DNA of 64,000 bases from Armatimonadota bacterium (GCA_048498855.1 JBEHXE010000006.1:10074-74073); one strand, 5' to 3'; shown: positions 1 through 10,049, numbered from the stretch's first letter. Translations and numbers: made by a program. The notes: generated by a model not told the origin, from the sequence alone.

Positions 1-222
1 CTCGATTATAAGGTGAAGGGAGTCAAGTGGAGCGTCCGTCTTCGAGTGGAAATTGAAGATCGCGTCGGAATTCGGACGGCATTCGATAAGGATGTCGATC
101 CCGGCGATACGATCCCGATTCGCCAAATCGGTCATGGCGACAAAGCCACCTTCCGAATCTACTTCGACGACACGTTGAAGGATACAATTGAAGTTCTAGC
201 AGGAGTAAAGAACAAGAATTGA
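1..222 (+). CDS. 3' end of an unidentified CDS entering from the left edge
   Basis: Frame 1 is open from base 1 to the TGA at 220-222. The stop overlaps the TTG start of rpe (TTGA). No motif recognised. Confidence 0.35.
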   Translation, partial: LDYKVKGVKWSVRLRVEIEDRVGIRTAFDKDVDPGDTIPIRQIGHGDKATFRIYFDDTLKDTIEVLAGVKNKN

Positions 223-872
223 CATACGAACTCGCACCATCGATCCTTTCCTTTGACTTAACCAGCCTCTCGACCTCACTTCCGAAATTGATGGCGGCTG
301 GAGCTCACATCGTTCATCTGGATGTGATGGATGGGCAGTTCGTGCCGCCAATCAGCTTTGGCGACGTCATCGCCCATAATTTGCGAAATCATACGGATGC
401 ACCGATGGAAGCGCATTTGATGACGTTGACGCCGGAGCGGCATTTCGATGCTTTTATTAAAGCTGGATGCAAGCGCATTATTTTTCATGCCGAGGCAACC
501 GTGCATTCCCACCGGCTCATCCAAGACCTAAAATCGAGAGGGATCGAGGCGGGCATCGCGCTCAATCCTGGGACGCCAGCCGACGCCATTTTGCCGGTGC
601 TTGACGATGTCGATATGGTCTTGGCGATGACGGTGAATCCAGGCTGGGGTGGCCAGTCGTTTATCGAATCCGTTTTGCCAAAGATTCGCACGATCCGCGC
701 GGCGCGAGCCGATGTCGATATTCAGGTTGATGGCGGCATAGATCCTAAGACTTTGCCCCGCGTGATCGAGGCCGGCGCGAATGTCTTCGTCGTTGGAAGC
801 TATTTGCTTCGCACGCCCACTCTCGAAGAAGGTGTACGATCAATCTTAAGCGAATTCCCCTCAAATTCCTGA
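219..872 (+). CDS. rpe: ribulose-phosphate 3-epimerase
   Basis: Motifs APSILSFD, HLDVMDGQFVP, MTVNPGWGGQSF and VDGGI, with typical length (217 aa). TTG start. Confidence 0.9.
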   Translation: MTYELAPSILSFDLTSLSTSLPKLMAAGAHIVHLDVMDGQFVPPISFGDVIAHNLRNHTDAPMEAHLMTLTPERHFDAFIKAGCKRIIFHAEATVHSHRLIQDLKSRGIEAGIALNPGTPADAILPVLDDVDMVLAMTVNPGWGGQSFIESVLPKIRTIRAARADVDIQVDGGIDPKTLPRVIEAGANVFVVGSYLLRTPTLEEGVRSILSEFPSNS

Positions 873-898
873 CGAGCCTCTTTCTCGTTCTCGGTGTC

Positions 899-1159
899 TT
901 GCCCGCCTTTGTGTGGGCATGGATTCTTGGTCCAAAGCCCACAGAAAAGGCCCCGGCGGAAGTTAAACTTGAGTTCTTGAGCCGAGGGGCTGTGCTTGTG
1001 GGTTTTGCCCTCTTTTGCTTTATCTTGGCGTGCATCGGCTCGCTGCTGATTGTTCGTCGTGCGCGCGAAGAATATAACGAGGCCAGAACCGAAAATCTCA
1101 AAGAACTGATTGAAGGCACCCAAGAAGACATAAGGAATAAGCAGCATGCCGACGCATGA
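899..1159 (+). CDS. small membrane protein, hypothetical
   Basis: One hydrophobic span (GAVLVGFALFCFILACIGSLLIV) followed by a charged tail. TTG start. The 3' end overlaps the ribD start by 14 nt. Confidence 0.35.
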   Translation: MPAFVWAWILGPKPTEKAPAEVKLEFLSRGAVLVGFALFCFILACIGSLLIVRRAREEYNEARTENLKELIEGTQEDIRNKQHADA

Positions 1160-2171
1160 ACGCTTGATGCGCGAGGCAATCGAACTTGCACGCCGGGGAT
1201 ATCCATTCTATGCTCATGTTGGATGCGTGATTGTCAAGGACGATGAAATCGTGGGGCGAGGCTTTCACGACTATACCGGCGGACCCCACGCCGAAGTTGT
1301 TGCCCTTCGCGATGCCGGCGAAAAGGCGCGGGGTGCCACGGCCTATGTGACCCTCGAGCCATGCAATCATTTTGGCAAGACACCACCATGTACGGACGCG
1401 CTGTTGGAATATGGAATCAAGAAGGTTGTTTTGGCAGTCCGCGACCCCAACCCAAGAGCCGCCGGAGGGCTTGAAAAGCTGAGGCAAAAAGGGGTCGAGG
1501 TGATCGAAGGAGTCTGCACCGGCGAGGCAGCCGAAGCCAATCTCCAGTTTTTATTTGCATTTGCCCACCAGAGGCCGATGGTGACGGTTAAAGCCGGTGT
1601 GTCCCTTGACGGCAAGGTCGCGCTGTCGACAGGCGAGAGCAAATGGATTACGAATGAAAGTTCGCGACGCGACGCGATGGAACTCCGGGCTAAGATCGGC
1701 GCCGTCCTTGTCGGTCGTAAGACGGCCGAATTCGACCAGGCGCGACTAAACGTGCGGGGCATCGACGTCATCCACCAACCATTGAGGGTGGTCATTGATC
1801 CGAACGAGTCTCTCAGCCTTGATCTTCCAATTTTTGACGATTCGGCCCCGACACTGAGGGCAACCAAGTTTGAAAGTTTGTCGGATATTCTTCAACAAAT
1901 TCGGGCTGAAGGACGAACTGGCGTCCTGGTCGAAGGGGGGGCAACCACCATTGGGAGCTTTCTTCAAGAAGGGTTGGTCGATCAGATCGTCTTGTACGTC
2001 AGTCCTAAAGTCCTAGGCGTTGGTCCGAGTTGGTCAGGAGGATTTCAGGTTCAAAACTTGAGCCTCGCTCCTGAATTTGAACTTGCTCAAACACAAATCA
2101 TCGACGGAGACCTCAAATTGTTATTTCGCTCGCGGAACCTTGTTTCCTTCCTCGCGTCTTACTCAATGTAA
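1146..2171 (+). CDS. ribD: bifunctional riboflavin biosynthesis deaminase/reductase RibD
   Basis: Deaminase zinc motifs HAEVVAL and TLEPCNHFGKTPPC, then a reductase domain (VSLDGKVAL...ITNESSRRD...VEGGATT). Confidence 0.92.
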   Translation: MPTHERLMREAIELARRGYPFYAHVGCVIVKDDEIVGRGFHDYTGGPHAEVVALRDAGEKARGATAYVTLEPCNHFGKTPPCTDALLEYGIKKVVLAVRDPNPRAAGGLEKLRQKGVEVIEGVCTGEAAEANLQFLFAFAHQRPMVTVKAGVSLDGKVALSTGESKWITNESSRRDAMELRAKIGAVLVGRKTAEFDQARLNVRGIDVIHQPLRVVIDPNESLSLDLPIFDDSAPTLRATKFESLSDILQQIRAEGRTGVLVEGGATTIGSFLQEGLVDQIVLYVSPKVLGVGPSWSGGFQVQNLSLAPEFELAQTQIIDGDLKLLFRSRNLVSFLASYSM

Positions 2172-2208
2172 GCCGAAAGGTTTACCGACTGACAGCACTG
2201 AATAAGTC

Positions 2209-2230
2209 AAGTCACTTGCAAAAGTGGCTT
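2209..2230. terminator. hairpin between convergent ribD and pdxT
   Basis: AAGTCACTT-GCAA-AAGTGGCTT forms a 9-bp stem (one G-T pair) with a GNRA-type loop. No clear U-tract on either strand. Confidence 0.35.
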
Positions 2231-2288
2231 ATCTCCCTCCCCAAAGCCCCGCGCCGAGATCCCCCAAGCAGGCCGGGGCCTCTCTTCG

Positions 2289-2855
2289 TTAGAGAGTCAA
2301 AAACCAGCGATGCAATCGTACGTCGTCCGTGAGTTCGGGGTGAAAGCTCGTGCCGATGATTGAGCCTTGGCGTACGCCCACAATTCTGTCCTGGTATTCA
2401 CAAAGCTTTTCGACACTTGGCCCGATGCGGGTCACGATCGGTGCGCGAATGAAGACGCCCATGATCGGCTCGGGAAGCCCAACGACGCTAACCTCGTCTT
2501 CGAAGCTGTGAACCTGGGCTCCAAAAGCGTTCCTGCGGACCGTTATGTCGAGGAGATCGAGAGAATACTGGTTGCGGCCCTCGACTTCATGGGCGAGCAT
2601 GATCATCCCCATGCAGGTGCCCCAGAGCGGCATTCCTTCTTGCCCGGCTTTGATGAGGGCATCGCCCAATCCATACCGCTGCATGAGCAGTCCAACCGTA
2701 GTGCTTTCTCCACCGGGAAGAATTGCCCGCTCGACGGTAGCAAGTTCTTCGGGAGTCCGAACTTCTCGAACATCAAGACCTTCGGTACCAGTTGAGAGGA
2801 GTGCTTCCTTGTGCTTTTCGAAATCGCCTTGGATTGCGATGACGCCGACACGCAT
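2289..2855 (-). CDS. pdxT: pyridoxal 5'-phosphate synthase glutaminase subunit PdxT
   Basis: Motifs MRVGVIAIQGDF, GGESTT, WGTCMGMI and SFHPELT. The track ORF extends to 2894; I prefer the ATG at 2855 (MRVGV). Confidence 0.9.
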   Translation of the reverse strand: MRVGVIAIQGDFEKHKEALLSTGTEGLDVREVRTPEELATVERAILPGGESTTVGLLMQRYGLGDALIKAGQEGMPLWGTCMGMIMLAHEVEGRNQYSLDLLDITVRRNAFGAQVHSFEDEVSVVGLPEPIMGVFIRAPIVTRIGPSVEKLCEYQDRIVGVRQGSIIGTSFHPELTDDVRLHRWFLTL

Positions 2856-3004
2856 GGAATCAGGGTACCTTTTCCGACCCATCGCAAGGAGCAAGGCGCC
2901 GAAGACAGAACGCGATGGAGATTGCCTGCCGAACGCCCGCTCCTAAAGATATATTATAGTGAGTAAACGTTTTATCAATCCTAAAATGGGCATTTTGACC
3001 GAGC

Positions 3005-3044
3005 GACAAAAAAGGGCTGCACGCCTACAAGACGTGCAACCCTT
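3005..3044 (-). terminator. rho-independent terminator after the YHS-domain gene
   Basis: On the minus strand, GGGTTGCACG-loop-CGTGCAGCCC is followed by TTTTTTG. It lies 27 nt downstream of the stop at 3071. Confidence 0.6.
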
Positions 3045-3070
3045 GAAGAATCTGAATGGTCGGGAAGTGC

Positions 3071-3352
3071 TTAGCCCTTTTTCTTTTTGGCAGGAGTAGG
3101 CTTGGGAGCGGGCACACTCGGCGAATTCTTGTACTTTTCGGGCGACTTGTCGAAGGTCGGCTTGCAGGCTGCGCAGCAGAAATAGTATCGCTTGCCCTTG
3201 TAGTCAGAGAACAGCTTGGCCTTGGTTGCCTTGGCAATGTTGACCTTGTCGCCCTTCATGACGGCGCAAGTGATCTCCTTAGGAGCAGCTTTTTGAGCGA
3301 ATGCGGTCACCATTAATGCGGTGGTCGCCAGAGTCATTAAAACCTTTTTCAT
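3071..3352 (-). CDS. exported YHS/TRASH-type metal-binding domain protein
   Basis: Signal peptide MKKVLMTLATTALMVTAFA, then KGKRYYFCCAACKPTFDKSPEKY (YHS signature), then a Lys/Pro-rich tail. Confidence 0.7.
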   Translation of the reverse strand: MKKVLMTLATTALMVTAFAQKAAPKEITCAVMKGDKVNIAKATKAKLFSDYKGKRYYFCCAACKPTFDKSPEKYKNSPSVPAPKPTPAKKKKG

Positions 3353-3414
3353 GTCTCAGTCCTTGTGAGTGTTCGAAAACACGTTGATTCCAGTATATTC
3401 GTAATGCATCGCGA

Positions 3415-4152
3415 ATGTGCGCCATGAAGATACGCTTCTTACATACCAACGACTTTCACGGCAAACTCGACGAAGAGGTTTTGCCCCAACTGAGGTCATT
3501 GCGGAGCGATGCTGATTTTTATTTCGATTCGGGTGATGCGATCCAGGCAGGGAATTTGGCGATCCCTCGGACCGTCGACCCCGTCTGGGCTGCATTAGCC
3601 TCATTAGGATGCACGGCTTCGGTGATCGGCAACCGTGAGACGCATCCTCTTCGAAAAGTGTTTGAGAAGAAAATCGAGGGGCACATGCATCCCCTTTTGT
3701 GTGGGAATTTGACCGCAAAAGACGGTACCGCGTTTCTGCCCCGGACGCTAGTACTCAATCATGATGGAACAAAGATTGGGGTGGTGAGCACGATGGTAGC
3801 GATGGCGACGCCTCGCATGAAAACGGCAGGGGCATGGTTTGGGCTTTGGAGTGACCCTGTGCGGACGGTGATTGATCTGGCGCGGGAAATTCGCCCGACG
3901 GTCGACTTAGTGGTGGCTCTGACTCATATTGGGTTTAGCCAGGATCGATTGGTGGCCCAACAAAGCGGCGACATCGACATCATTTTTGGCGGACATTCGC
4001 ATACTGTTCTGGAATCGCCGGTGAAGGAAAACCATACTTGGATCGTACAGGGTGGATCGCACGCCCGCTTTGCTGGGGCGTACGAATGGGATGGTGAAAG
4101 CCTGACGGGTGGCCTGAAGTCGCTAAGGGCCTCAGGCGAGAAGGGAAATTAG
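3415..4152 (+). CDS. metallophosphoesterase (5'-nucleotidase N-terminal-domain type)
   Basis: Motifs FLHTNDFHG, GNRETH and IIFGGHSHT. The start may instead be the ATG at 3424 (MKIRF). Confidence 0.75.
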   Translation: MCAMKIRFLHTNDFHGKLDEEVLPQLRSLRSDADFYFDSGDAIQAGNLAIPRTVDPVWAALASLGCTASVIGNRETHPLRKVFEKKIEGHMHPLLCGNLTAKDGTAFLPRTLVLNHDGTKIGVVSTMVAMATPRMKTAGAWFGLWSDPVRTVIDLAREIRPTVDLVVALTHIGFSQDRLVAQQSGDIDIIFGGHSHTVLESPVKENHTWIVQGGSHARFAGAYEWDGESLTGGLKSLRASGEKGN

Positions 4153-5642
4153 CTATTTTCCGCGCTCGAGAATGGCGATGAATAGTTCGGTGGTTCCTTG
4201 GTGATCTGAACGTCGTGAGGATGGCTCTCGCGAAGTCCGGCCCCCGTAATCTTCATGAATTCGGCATGTTCGTGGAGGTCTCCCAACGATCCGGCCCCAA
4301 CGTAGCCAAAACCGCTTCGCATTCCACCGACCAACTGCGCCATGGTATCTTTCAGCAACCCCTTGAAGGGGACGCGTCCTTCGACGCCCTCAGGAACGAT
4401 GACTGCTCCCGATTCTTTGATCTGCATGTATCGGTCGCTCGAACCGGACTTCATGGCTCCGACCGAACCCATTCCGCGATAGACCTTATACGCTCGGTTG
4501 CGATAAATCTCGATTTCGCCCGGGCTCTCCTCGCATCCCGCGAACATATTGCCCATCATGACGGCATTTGCTCCGGCGGCGAGGCACTTCACGACGTCGC
4601 CGGACGACCGAATTCCGCCGTCGGCGATCGTGGGAATGCCAAGTTTTCGCGCTTCCTCGGCACAATCCCGAACGGCTGTAAATTGAGGAACGCCAACACC
4701 GGCGACTACACGAGTGGTACAGATCGAACCCGCACCGATACCGATTCGCAAAGCGTCAGCCCCAAGTTCATGGAGCGCTCGAACCCCGGCGGCCGTCGCC
4801 ACGTTTCCGGCGATAACTTTCAAGTCGGGCAGCTTTGATTTCAGCATCTTCAAACAATCCATGACACCCTTTGAGTGGCCGTGAGCCGCATCGATGACGA
4901 CGAAATCGACTCCCGCATCGTGCAGGGCTTTAGCCCGCTCGTAGGGCTCCCGTAGGGCGCCAATTGCCGCGCCGACCACCAACCGACCCTTGGCATCCTT
5001 GGTCGAATAAGGGTGCTGTTGCACTTTAAGAATGTCCTTGATCGTAATGAGCCCTTTGAGGAATCCGTTGGCATCGACGATCGGCAGTTTTTCGATTCGG
5101 TTTGTGGCGAGAATCTGTTGTGCCTGTTCAAGATTGGTTCCTTCGGGAGCCGTGACGAGATCGCTTGCCGTCATTCGGAGCTTAATGGCTTGCGTAAAGT
5201 CGGTTTCAAACCGGATGTCGCGGTTGGTGAGGATGCCAACCAGCTTGCCTTCGGCATCGACGATGGGAACGCCGGAAATGTGGTAGCGCTCCATCAGATT
5301 GATGGCATCTTGAAGGGTCTCTTCGGCAGTGAGCTTAAACGGCTTGGTGATGACTCCGCTTTCAGATCGTTTGACCCGGTCGACGGCGGCGGCTTGCTCA
5401 TCGATCGACATGGTTCGGTGGAGCACTCCGACGCCACCTTCACGAGCAATTGCAATGGCCAAACGTGCGTCCGTTACGGTGTCCATCGGGGCGGATATGA
5501 TCGGCACATTGAGCCGCACCCCGGGAAATAATTGGGAACTTAAGTCAACTTCGCTGGGCAGTACTTCAGTCTTGGCGGGAATCAAAAGAACGTCGTCAAA
5601 ACTAAGACCTTCGCGGTATGAAGCCATGTAAGAGTATGACAT
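4149..5642 (-). CDS. guaB: IMP dehydrogenase
   Basis: Motifs [11 protein letters not shown] and [11 protein letters not shown], a CBS pair, and [20 protein letters not shown]. The ATG at 5642 is preceded by GAGGA; the track ORF starts at a TTG at 5657. Confidence 0.95.
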   Translation of the reverse strand: MSYSYMASYREGLSFDDVLLIPAKTEVLPSEVDLSSQLFPGVRLNVPIISAPMDTVTDARLAIAIAREGGVGVLHRTMSIDEQAAAVDRVKRSESGVITKPFKLTAEETLQDAINLMERYHISGVPIVDAEGKLVGILTNRDIRFETDFTQAIKLRMTASDLVTAPEGTNLEQAQQILATNRIEKLPIVDANGFLKGLITIKDILKVQQHPYSTKDAKGRLVVGAAIGALREPYERAKALHDAGVDFVVIDAAHGHSKGVMDCLKMLKSKLPDLKVIAGNVATAAGVRALHELGADALRIGIGAGSICTTRVVAGVGVPQFTAVRDCAEEARKLGIPTIADGGIRSSGDVVKCLAAGANAVMMGNMFAGCEESPGEIEIYRNRAYKVYRGMGSVGAMKSGSSDRYMQIKESGAVIVPEGVEGRVPFKGLLKDTMAQLVGGMRSGFGYVGAGSLGDLHEHAEFMKITGAGLRESHPHDVQITKEPPNYSSPFSSAENS

Positions 5643-5923
5643 ACCAAGGGTCCTCAATTCTCAATTTTGGGAAGTCGACGGTGAAAATTTGACCTGAATC
5701 GACGGATTCTTTTGTATAAGTTTGAGTCTAAATCAATATGAATTTGGCGATAGTGTACCGGCTTTTCGCCTCGGTCGCGATCATCGATTTCACTCGTCGA
5801 AATTCAGCCCAAGTTGTTTGCGCACGGTGACCAGGCCAGCGAGAAACGTGGGCAGTTGCGACGCTCTCAGTAAACGGTCTTGACGCGGGAACCGGGCTCC
5901 ACGGTGAACTGTTACCAACCACA

Positions 5924-6688
5924 ATGCGTGAGTTTGGGGCGTTCATTTGGAAGCAGGTTCAGGCGTCAGTGTTCGCTATTTATGTATTCGGGATGCTGGC
6001 AGTGTCGCACTGGCAGCATGTCTTGCCTCGCTACGACTTTATGCTGATATCCTGCTTGGCAATGCAGGTCTACATGGTTTGGAGTAAGCTCGAAACTAAG
6101 AAAGAGCTTGTCGCGGTGACGGCCTTCCACGCGATTGGTCTCATCCTTGAACTATATAAGGTGAATCGTGGCTCGTGGTCTTATCCCGAATTCGCCTACA
6201 CGAAAATCGCCAATGTCCCTCTGTATTCGGGATTCATGTATGCCAGCGTGGCCAGTTACGTTTTTCAGGCCTATCGGGTCTTTAATCTCGAATTCACTCG
6301 GATGCCAAAGAAGGCGTGGACGTTGTTTGGCGTGGCGCTGATCTACCTCAATTTCTTCACGGCCAAGACATTTGGCGATAACCGAGTTTGGATCATCCTA
6401 TCCCTCCTCGCACTATTTTTGCCAAGCCAGGCTCATTTCACGTGTCGCGACAAGCGTTTCAAGATGCCGCTTGCGCTTTCGTTTGGGCTCATTGGGTTTT
6501 TCGTTTGGGTTGGCGAGAATCTTTGTACCTACCTTGGGGCATGGCTTTACCCCCACCAGCTTGATGGTTGGGAGATGGTCGGAGCGACCAAAATCGTGAG
6601 TTGGTCGATGATGGTGATGGTGGCGTTTGCCTTGATTTGGAGCTGGAAAGAGGCGGGTGAACGCAAGCCCGTGTCGGCGCAAACCTAG
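5924..6688 (+). CDS. polytopic membrane protein, probably DUF817 family
   Basis: About 8 hydrophobic spans in 254 aa. The DUF817 assignment is from memory of the family pattern and has not been searched. Confidence 0.55.
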   Translation: MREFGAFIWKQVQASVFAIYVFGMLAVSHWQHVLPRYDFMLISCLAMQVYMVWSKLETKKELVAVTAFHAIGLILELYKVNRGSWSYPEFAYTKIANVPLYSGFMYASVASYVFQAYRVFNLEFTRMPKKAWTLFGVALIYLNFFTAKTFGDNRVWIILSLLALFLPSQAHFTCRDKRFKMPLALSFGLIGFFVWVGENLCTYLGAWLYPHQLDGWEMVGATKIVSWSMMVMVAFALIWSWKEAGERKPVSAQT

Positions 6689-6700
6689 AAATCCGGATCA

Positions 6701-6718
6701 AGCTAAATTATTTGAGCA
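6701..6718. promoter_or_regulatory. distal copy of the putative LacI-type operator
   Basis: AGCTAAATTATTTGAGCA matches the reverse complement of the proximal site (TGCTCAATTATTTGAGCA) at 16 of 18 positions. Confidence 0.4.
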
Positions 6719-6786
6719 AAAGCCTAGACGCTTCGGACTAGATGAGGCTCCAATTTAAGTTCAAAAAGAGCTTTTAAAAAAAGTTC

Positions 6787-6817
6787 TTGCTAAATTCTTA
6801 TGCATTCGTTATATAAT
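6787..6817 (+). promoter_or_regulatory. sigma70-like promoter of the LacI-family gene
   Basis: TTGCTA, 19 nt, then TATAAT (6812-6817), 24 nt upstream of the ATG. Confidence 0.45.
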
Positions 6818-6841
6818 GCTCAAATAATTGAGCATTGAGCA
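6817..6841. promoter_or_regulatory. proximal putative operator (palindrome plus extra half-site)
   Basis: TGCTCAA-ATAA-TTGAGCA has perfect 7-bp arms. It is followed immediately by a second TTGAGCA, which abuts the ATG at 6842. Confidence 0.45.
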
Positions 6842-7891
6842 ATGACGCTTAAACGAAACCAAAATCGAGCCACACTGCAATCCGTCGCCGACCGAGCGGG
6901 AGTCTCCGTAACGACGGCTTCGCTGGTGTTGAGCGGCAAGCACGAAGACCGTCGGATCTCGGAAAGCGCACAGGATCGCGTGTTGAAGGCCGCCGCCGAT
7001 CTCAACTATGCTCCGAATCTCTTAGTGCGATCACTCCGAAAGGGAAGATCGCATATCCTCGCCTTTTACAATGGCTTTTTGAATCGGGAACGAAGCGACC
7101 TTTACATGGATAAGCTTTCGACTTCGATTGAATTCGCGGGTGGGGCCCAAGGCTACGACGTTTTGGTACAGTGCAACTACCGACGGACACCTCAGGAAAG
7201 CTATCAATTCCTAAATGGCGGTATGGCCGACGGAGTTCTTCTGTTTGCGCCAAGCTCCAATGACCCTTTGGTACAGCTTCTGCGGCAAAGCGATCTGCCG
7301 GTGGTCCTGCTGAACGCCCGCGATCACGCTGGCGTGTTTCCGTCGGTGGCTGACGACAACGAAACGGGCCTGAAGATGCTGGCGGATACACTCGTCGATC
7401 TGGGGCATCGCCGAATCGCAGCTTTTCTCGACGTCCAAAACCGAAACCACGACTCCGAGTTACGCGGAAGGAATCTTCAGCGTCGACTTGAACAACGAGG
7501 CATTTCTGATCTGACGATCTTTAATGACGTTACGGACGACAATGTTGAACAGCAAATCCAAACGTTGTGGAACTCGGACCAACGGCCAACCGCCTTGTTT
7601 TGCTGGCATGACCGGCTGGCTTATCAGGTGCTTGATGCCTGCGACCGGTTAGGGATATTGGTCCCAACGGAGCTTTCGGTCATTGGTTACGATGGAATCC
7701 GATGGCCCTCACGTTCGCCACACGTGGCGGCATCGATCCAAATCAATTTGCAGACGCTTGCCGAGCAAGCCGTCGATACCCTGAATCTCTACATCAACGG
7801 CTACAACGGTCCGCTGCTTGAGCGAACGTTGCCCGTATCGCTCTCCCCCGGGACCACGCTTGGTCCCGCCAAGGATTTATCTCAAAGGTGA
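6842..7891 (+). CDS. LacI-family transcriptional regulator
   Basis: N-terminal HTH ATLQSVADRAGVSVTTASLVLSG...RVLKAAADLNYAPN, with a periplasmic-binding-fold C-terminal part. Confidence 0.9.
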   Translation: MTLKRNQNRATLQSVADRAGVSVTTASLVLSGKHEDRRISESAQDRVLKAAADLNYAPNLLVRSLRKGRSHILAFYNGFLNRERSDLYMDKLSTSIEFAGGAQGYDVLVQCNYRRTPQESYQFLNGGMADGVLLFAPSSNDPLVQLLRQSDLPVVLLNARDHAGVFPSVADDNETGLKMLADTLVDLGHRRIAAFLDVQNRNHDSELRGRNLQRRLEQRGISDLTIFNDVTDDNVEQQIQTLWNSDQRPTALFCWHDRLAYQVLDACDRLGILVPTELSVIGYDGIRWPSRSPHVAASIQINLQTLAEQAVDTLNLYINGYNGPLLERTLPVSLSPGTTLGPAKDLSQR

Positions 7892-7897
7892 GAAATT

Positions 7898-8698
7898 ATG
7901 AAACGATCAACCAACCAATCTAGTTCGCGAGGTTTCACCCTCATCGAACTCCTCGTCGTTATTGCGATCATTGCAATCTTGGCTGCGATCCTTTTCCCAG
8001 TGTTTGCTCAAGCGAAGATCGCGGCGAAAAAGGCCAGCGATTTGTCGAATGTAAAGCAGCTTTCTTTGGGCGTCGTCATGTATGGAACGGACGTGGATGA
8101 CACCTATCCATTCTGTTGGGGATGGGATTCCGACTGGAAGCCGTGGCATGTTCAAGTCGCTCCTTACATCAAGAATCGACAAATTTGGCTCTCGCCGGTT
8201 GATAACTGGGGACGTGGCAACACTTCGACAAACCCCGGCATGGACCCTCAAAATTGCGGAGCCGGTACGTATCCGGCCGTTGGTGTGACCTACTCGATGA
8301 ACTACACCTGGCCCGCGAGTGGTTGGGGTTGGTCGAGTTCAGATCAGCAAGAACAGATGTCGCCAACATCTTCGGCTGGCGGCGCCTCCCAAACTGCGGT
8401 TCCTCAGGTAGCTTCGACGATTCTGATCGCGCCTCGACCGAACTGGTATCACCAGTGGTGTCAAGGTTGGTCAACCGAGGTGTTCTTTAATTACGGCGAG
8501 TTTACGATGCAAGGCGGCGGCGCAAAGATGTTTGCCAACGGCACGAACTACGGTTTCTGTGACGGTCACGCAAAGTACTTTGCCCTTTCTCAAACCCTTG
8601 CGCCTCAGGGTGGACAGTCATCGATGGCCAAACCGTCCAATTGGCCATCCGGATCGGATTGGCCGTGGCCAGCCGGAATGTGGGACAAGAGACAGTAA
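7898..8698 (+). CDS. prepilin-type N-terminal cleavage/methylation domain protein (DUF1559-like pseudopilin)
   Basis: [26 protein letters not shown]-terminus. C-terminal [10 protein letters not shown] box typical of this expanded family. Confidence 0.8.
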   Translation: MKRSTNQSSSRGFTLIELLVVIAIIAILAAILFPVFAQAKIAAKKASDLSNVKQLSLGVVMYGTDVDDTYPFCWGWDSDWKPWHVQVAPYIKNRQIWLSPVDNWGRGNTSTNPGMDPQNCGAGTYPAVGVTYSMNYTWPASGWGWSSSDQQEQMSPTSSAGGASQTAVPQVASTILIAPRPNWYHQWCQGWSTEVFFNYGEFTMQGGGAKMFANGTNYGFCDGHAKYFALSQTLAPQGGQSSMAKPSNWPSGSDWPWPAGMWDKRQ

Positions 8699-8701
8699 TC
8701 C

Positions 8702-8971
8702 ATGAAGAAACATCTTATTCTCCTCATCGCAATCTCCACCGTCCTTGCCGGATGCGGGGCGGGCAACCTTGATCAGGGTCAAGTGAAATACACCCCAGGT
8801 GTTCCGCCTTGGCAAGAAAAAGACGGCTCCAAAAAGGGTCCTGGCGGAGCGCCCGGTGGCGGCGGACCAGGATCGGCTGCGCCCGAGAGCTTGGAAAATA
8901 CAACCCAAGCTCCTCCGGGTGGTGGTCCTCCGGGAATGACCGCGCCTGAACGCGGTATGGGTAAGCAGTAA
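8702..8971 (+). CDS. small Gly/Pro-rich lipoprotein
   Basis: Lipobox VLAGC after a signal peptide. The remainder is low-complexity and Gly/Pro-rich. It starts 3 nt after the pseudopilin gene. Confidence 0.6.
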   Translation: MKKHLILLIAISTVLAGCGAGNLDQGQVKYTPGVPPWQEKDGSKKGPGGAPGGGGPGSAAPESLENTTQAPPGGGPPGMTAPERGMGKQ

Positions 8972-8980
8972 GCAAAATCA

Positions 8981-9012
8981 AAATTGGGGATCGCATGGAC
9001 GATCCCCAATTT
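8981..9012. terminator. bidirectional rho-independent terminator
   Basis: AAATTGGGGATCG-CATGGA-CGATCCCCAATTT is a perfect 13-bp stem, A-rich on the 5' side and T-rich on the 3' side. It lies between convergent genes ending at 8971 and 9021. Confidence 0.7.
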
Positions 9013-9020
9013 CAATTAAT

Positions 9021-10004
9021 TTACCAAGCGTAATGCTCGGGTGCTGTCTTGAATGCGGGGAAGATTTCGTCGATCTTCTTATCGAGCTCCGAAGTGATTT
9101 CGATTTCAAGTGCCCGAAGGGAACCATCAAGTTGCTCGATGGTTCGCGGACCAATGATTGGGGCGGTGACGTAAGACTTTGAAAGTGTCCAAGCAAGGGC
9201 AACATCAGCGGGTTTTTCGCCGATCGACTCGCAAAGATCTTCCCACTTGGTCAATTGATCGCGATGCTTTTCGATGGCCGCCTTTGCATGGTCGCTGTGT
9301 CGGCGGGCTCCGTCATTGGTCTTGATGACCCCGCCGAGAATTCCACCGGCCAGCGGTGACCAAGGGATGATTCCGACGCCATAGGCTTCGCAGGCCGGAG
9401 CGACTTCGAGTTCGATGTCGCGTTGGAGCAGGGAATACTTGGATTGTTCGGTAACGAGGCCGAGGGTGTTGCGTCGAGCGGCGGCTTCGTTGGCTTGGGC
9501 GATATGCCAACCCGCGAAGTTCGACGAACCGATGTAGAGCACTTTGCCCTGAGTCTTGAGAATTTCGAACGCTTCCCAAATCTCTTCCCAAGGAGCCGCT
9601 CGGTAGATGTGGTGCATTTGATAGACGTCGATATAGTCTGTCTTGAGGCGAGTCAGCGAACCTTCACAAGCACGTCGGATGTGGAGCGCCGTGACGCGGT
9701 TGGTATTGGGCCAATCAAGCAATTCGTCCTTGCCCATATCGCCGTACAGTTTTGTGGCGATGACGACTCGTTCGCGTCGATTGCCACCTTGAGCAAACCA
9801 GTCGCCGATGATCTTTTCGGTAATGCCTTCGCCGCGTTCCCAGCCATAAACGTCGGCGGTGTCGAAGAAGTTGATGCGGTGCTCAAGCGCTCGATCCATG
9901 ATTGCAAAACTGTCCGCTGGCGACGTTTGCGGACCGAAATTCATGGTGCCGAGGCAAAGGCGAGACACTTGGAGGCCGGTACGGCCCAAGGAGGTGTACT
10001 TCAT
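9021..10004 (-). CDS. aldo/keto reductase
   Basis: MKYTSLGRTGLQVSRLCLGTMNFG...FFDTADVYG, with AKR length (327 aa). Confidence 0.9.
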   Translation of the reverse strand: MKYTSLGRTGLQVSRLCLGTMNFGPQTSPADSFAIMDRALEHRINFFDTADVYGWERGEGITEKIIGDWFAQGGNRRERVVIATKLYGDMGKDELLDWPNTNRVTALHIRRACEGSLTRLKTDYIDVYQMHHIYRAAPWEEIWEAFEILKTQGKVLYIGSSNFAGWHIAQANEAAARRNTLGLVTEQSKYSLLQRDIELEVAPACEAYGVGIIPWSPLAGGILGGVIKTNDGARRHSDHAKAAIEKHRDQLTKWEDLCESIGEKPADVALAWTLSKSYVTAPIIGPRTIEQLDGSLRALEIEITSELDKKIDEIFPAFKTAPEHYAW

Positions 10005-10049
10005 GAGTGTGTTCTACCCTTCTACGAGGGTTTGAAGGTCATGATCTCG

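Noticed and set aside
5658-5923. Possible riboswitch (fluoride, ZTP or guanidine-like) in the 266-bp spacer between guaB and the DUF817 gene.
   Set aside because: GGCGATAGTG...CGCC and GGGAACCGGGC only superficially resemble those motifs, and the conserved cores (for example CTAATGACTCC for crcB) are absent. A covariance-model search would be needed to say more.
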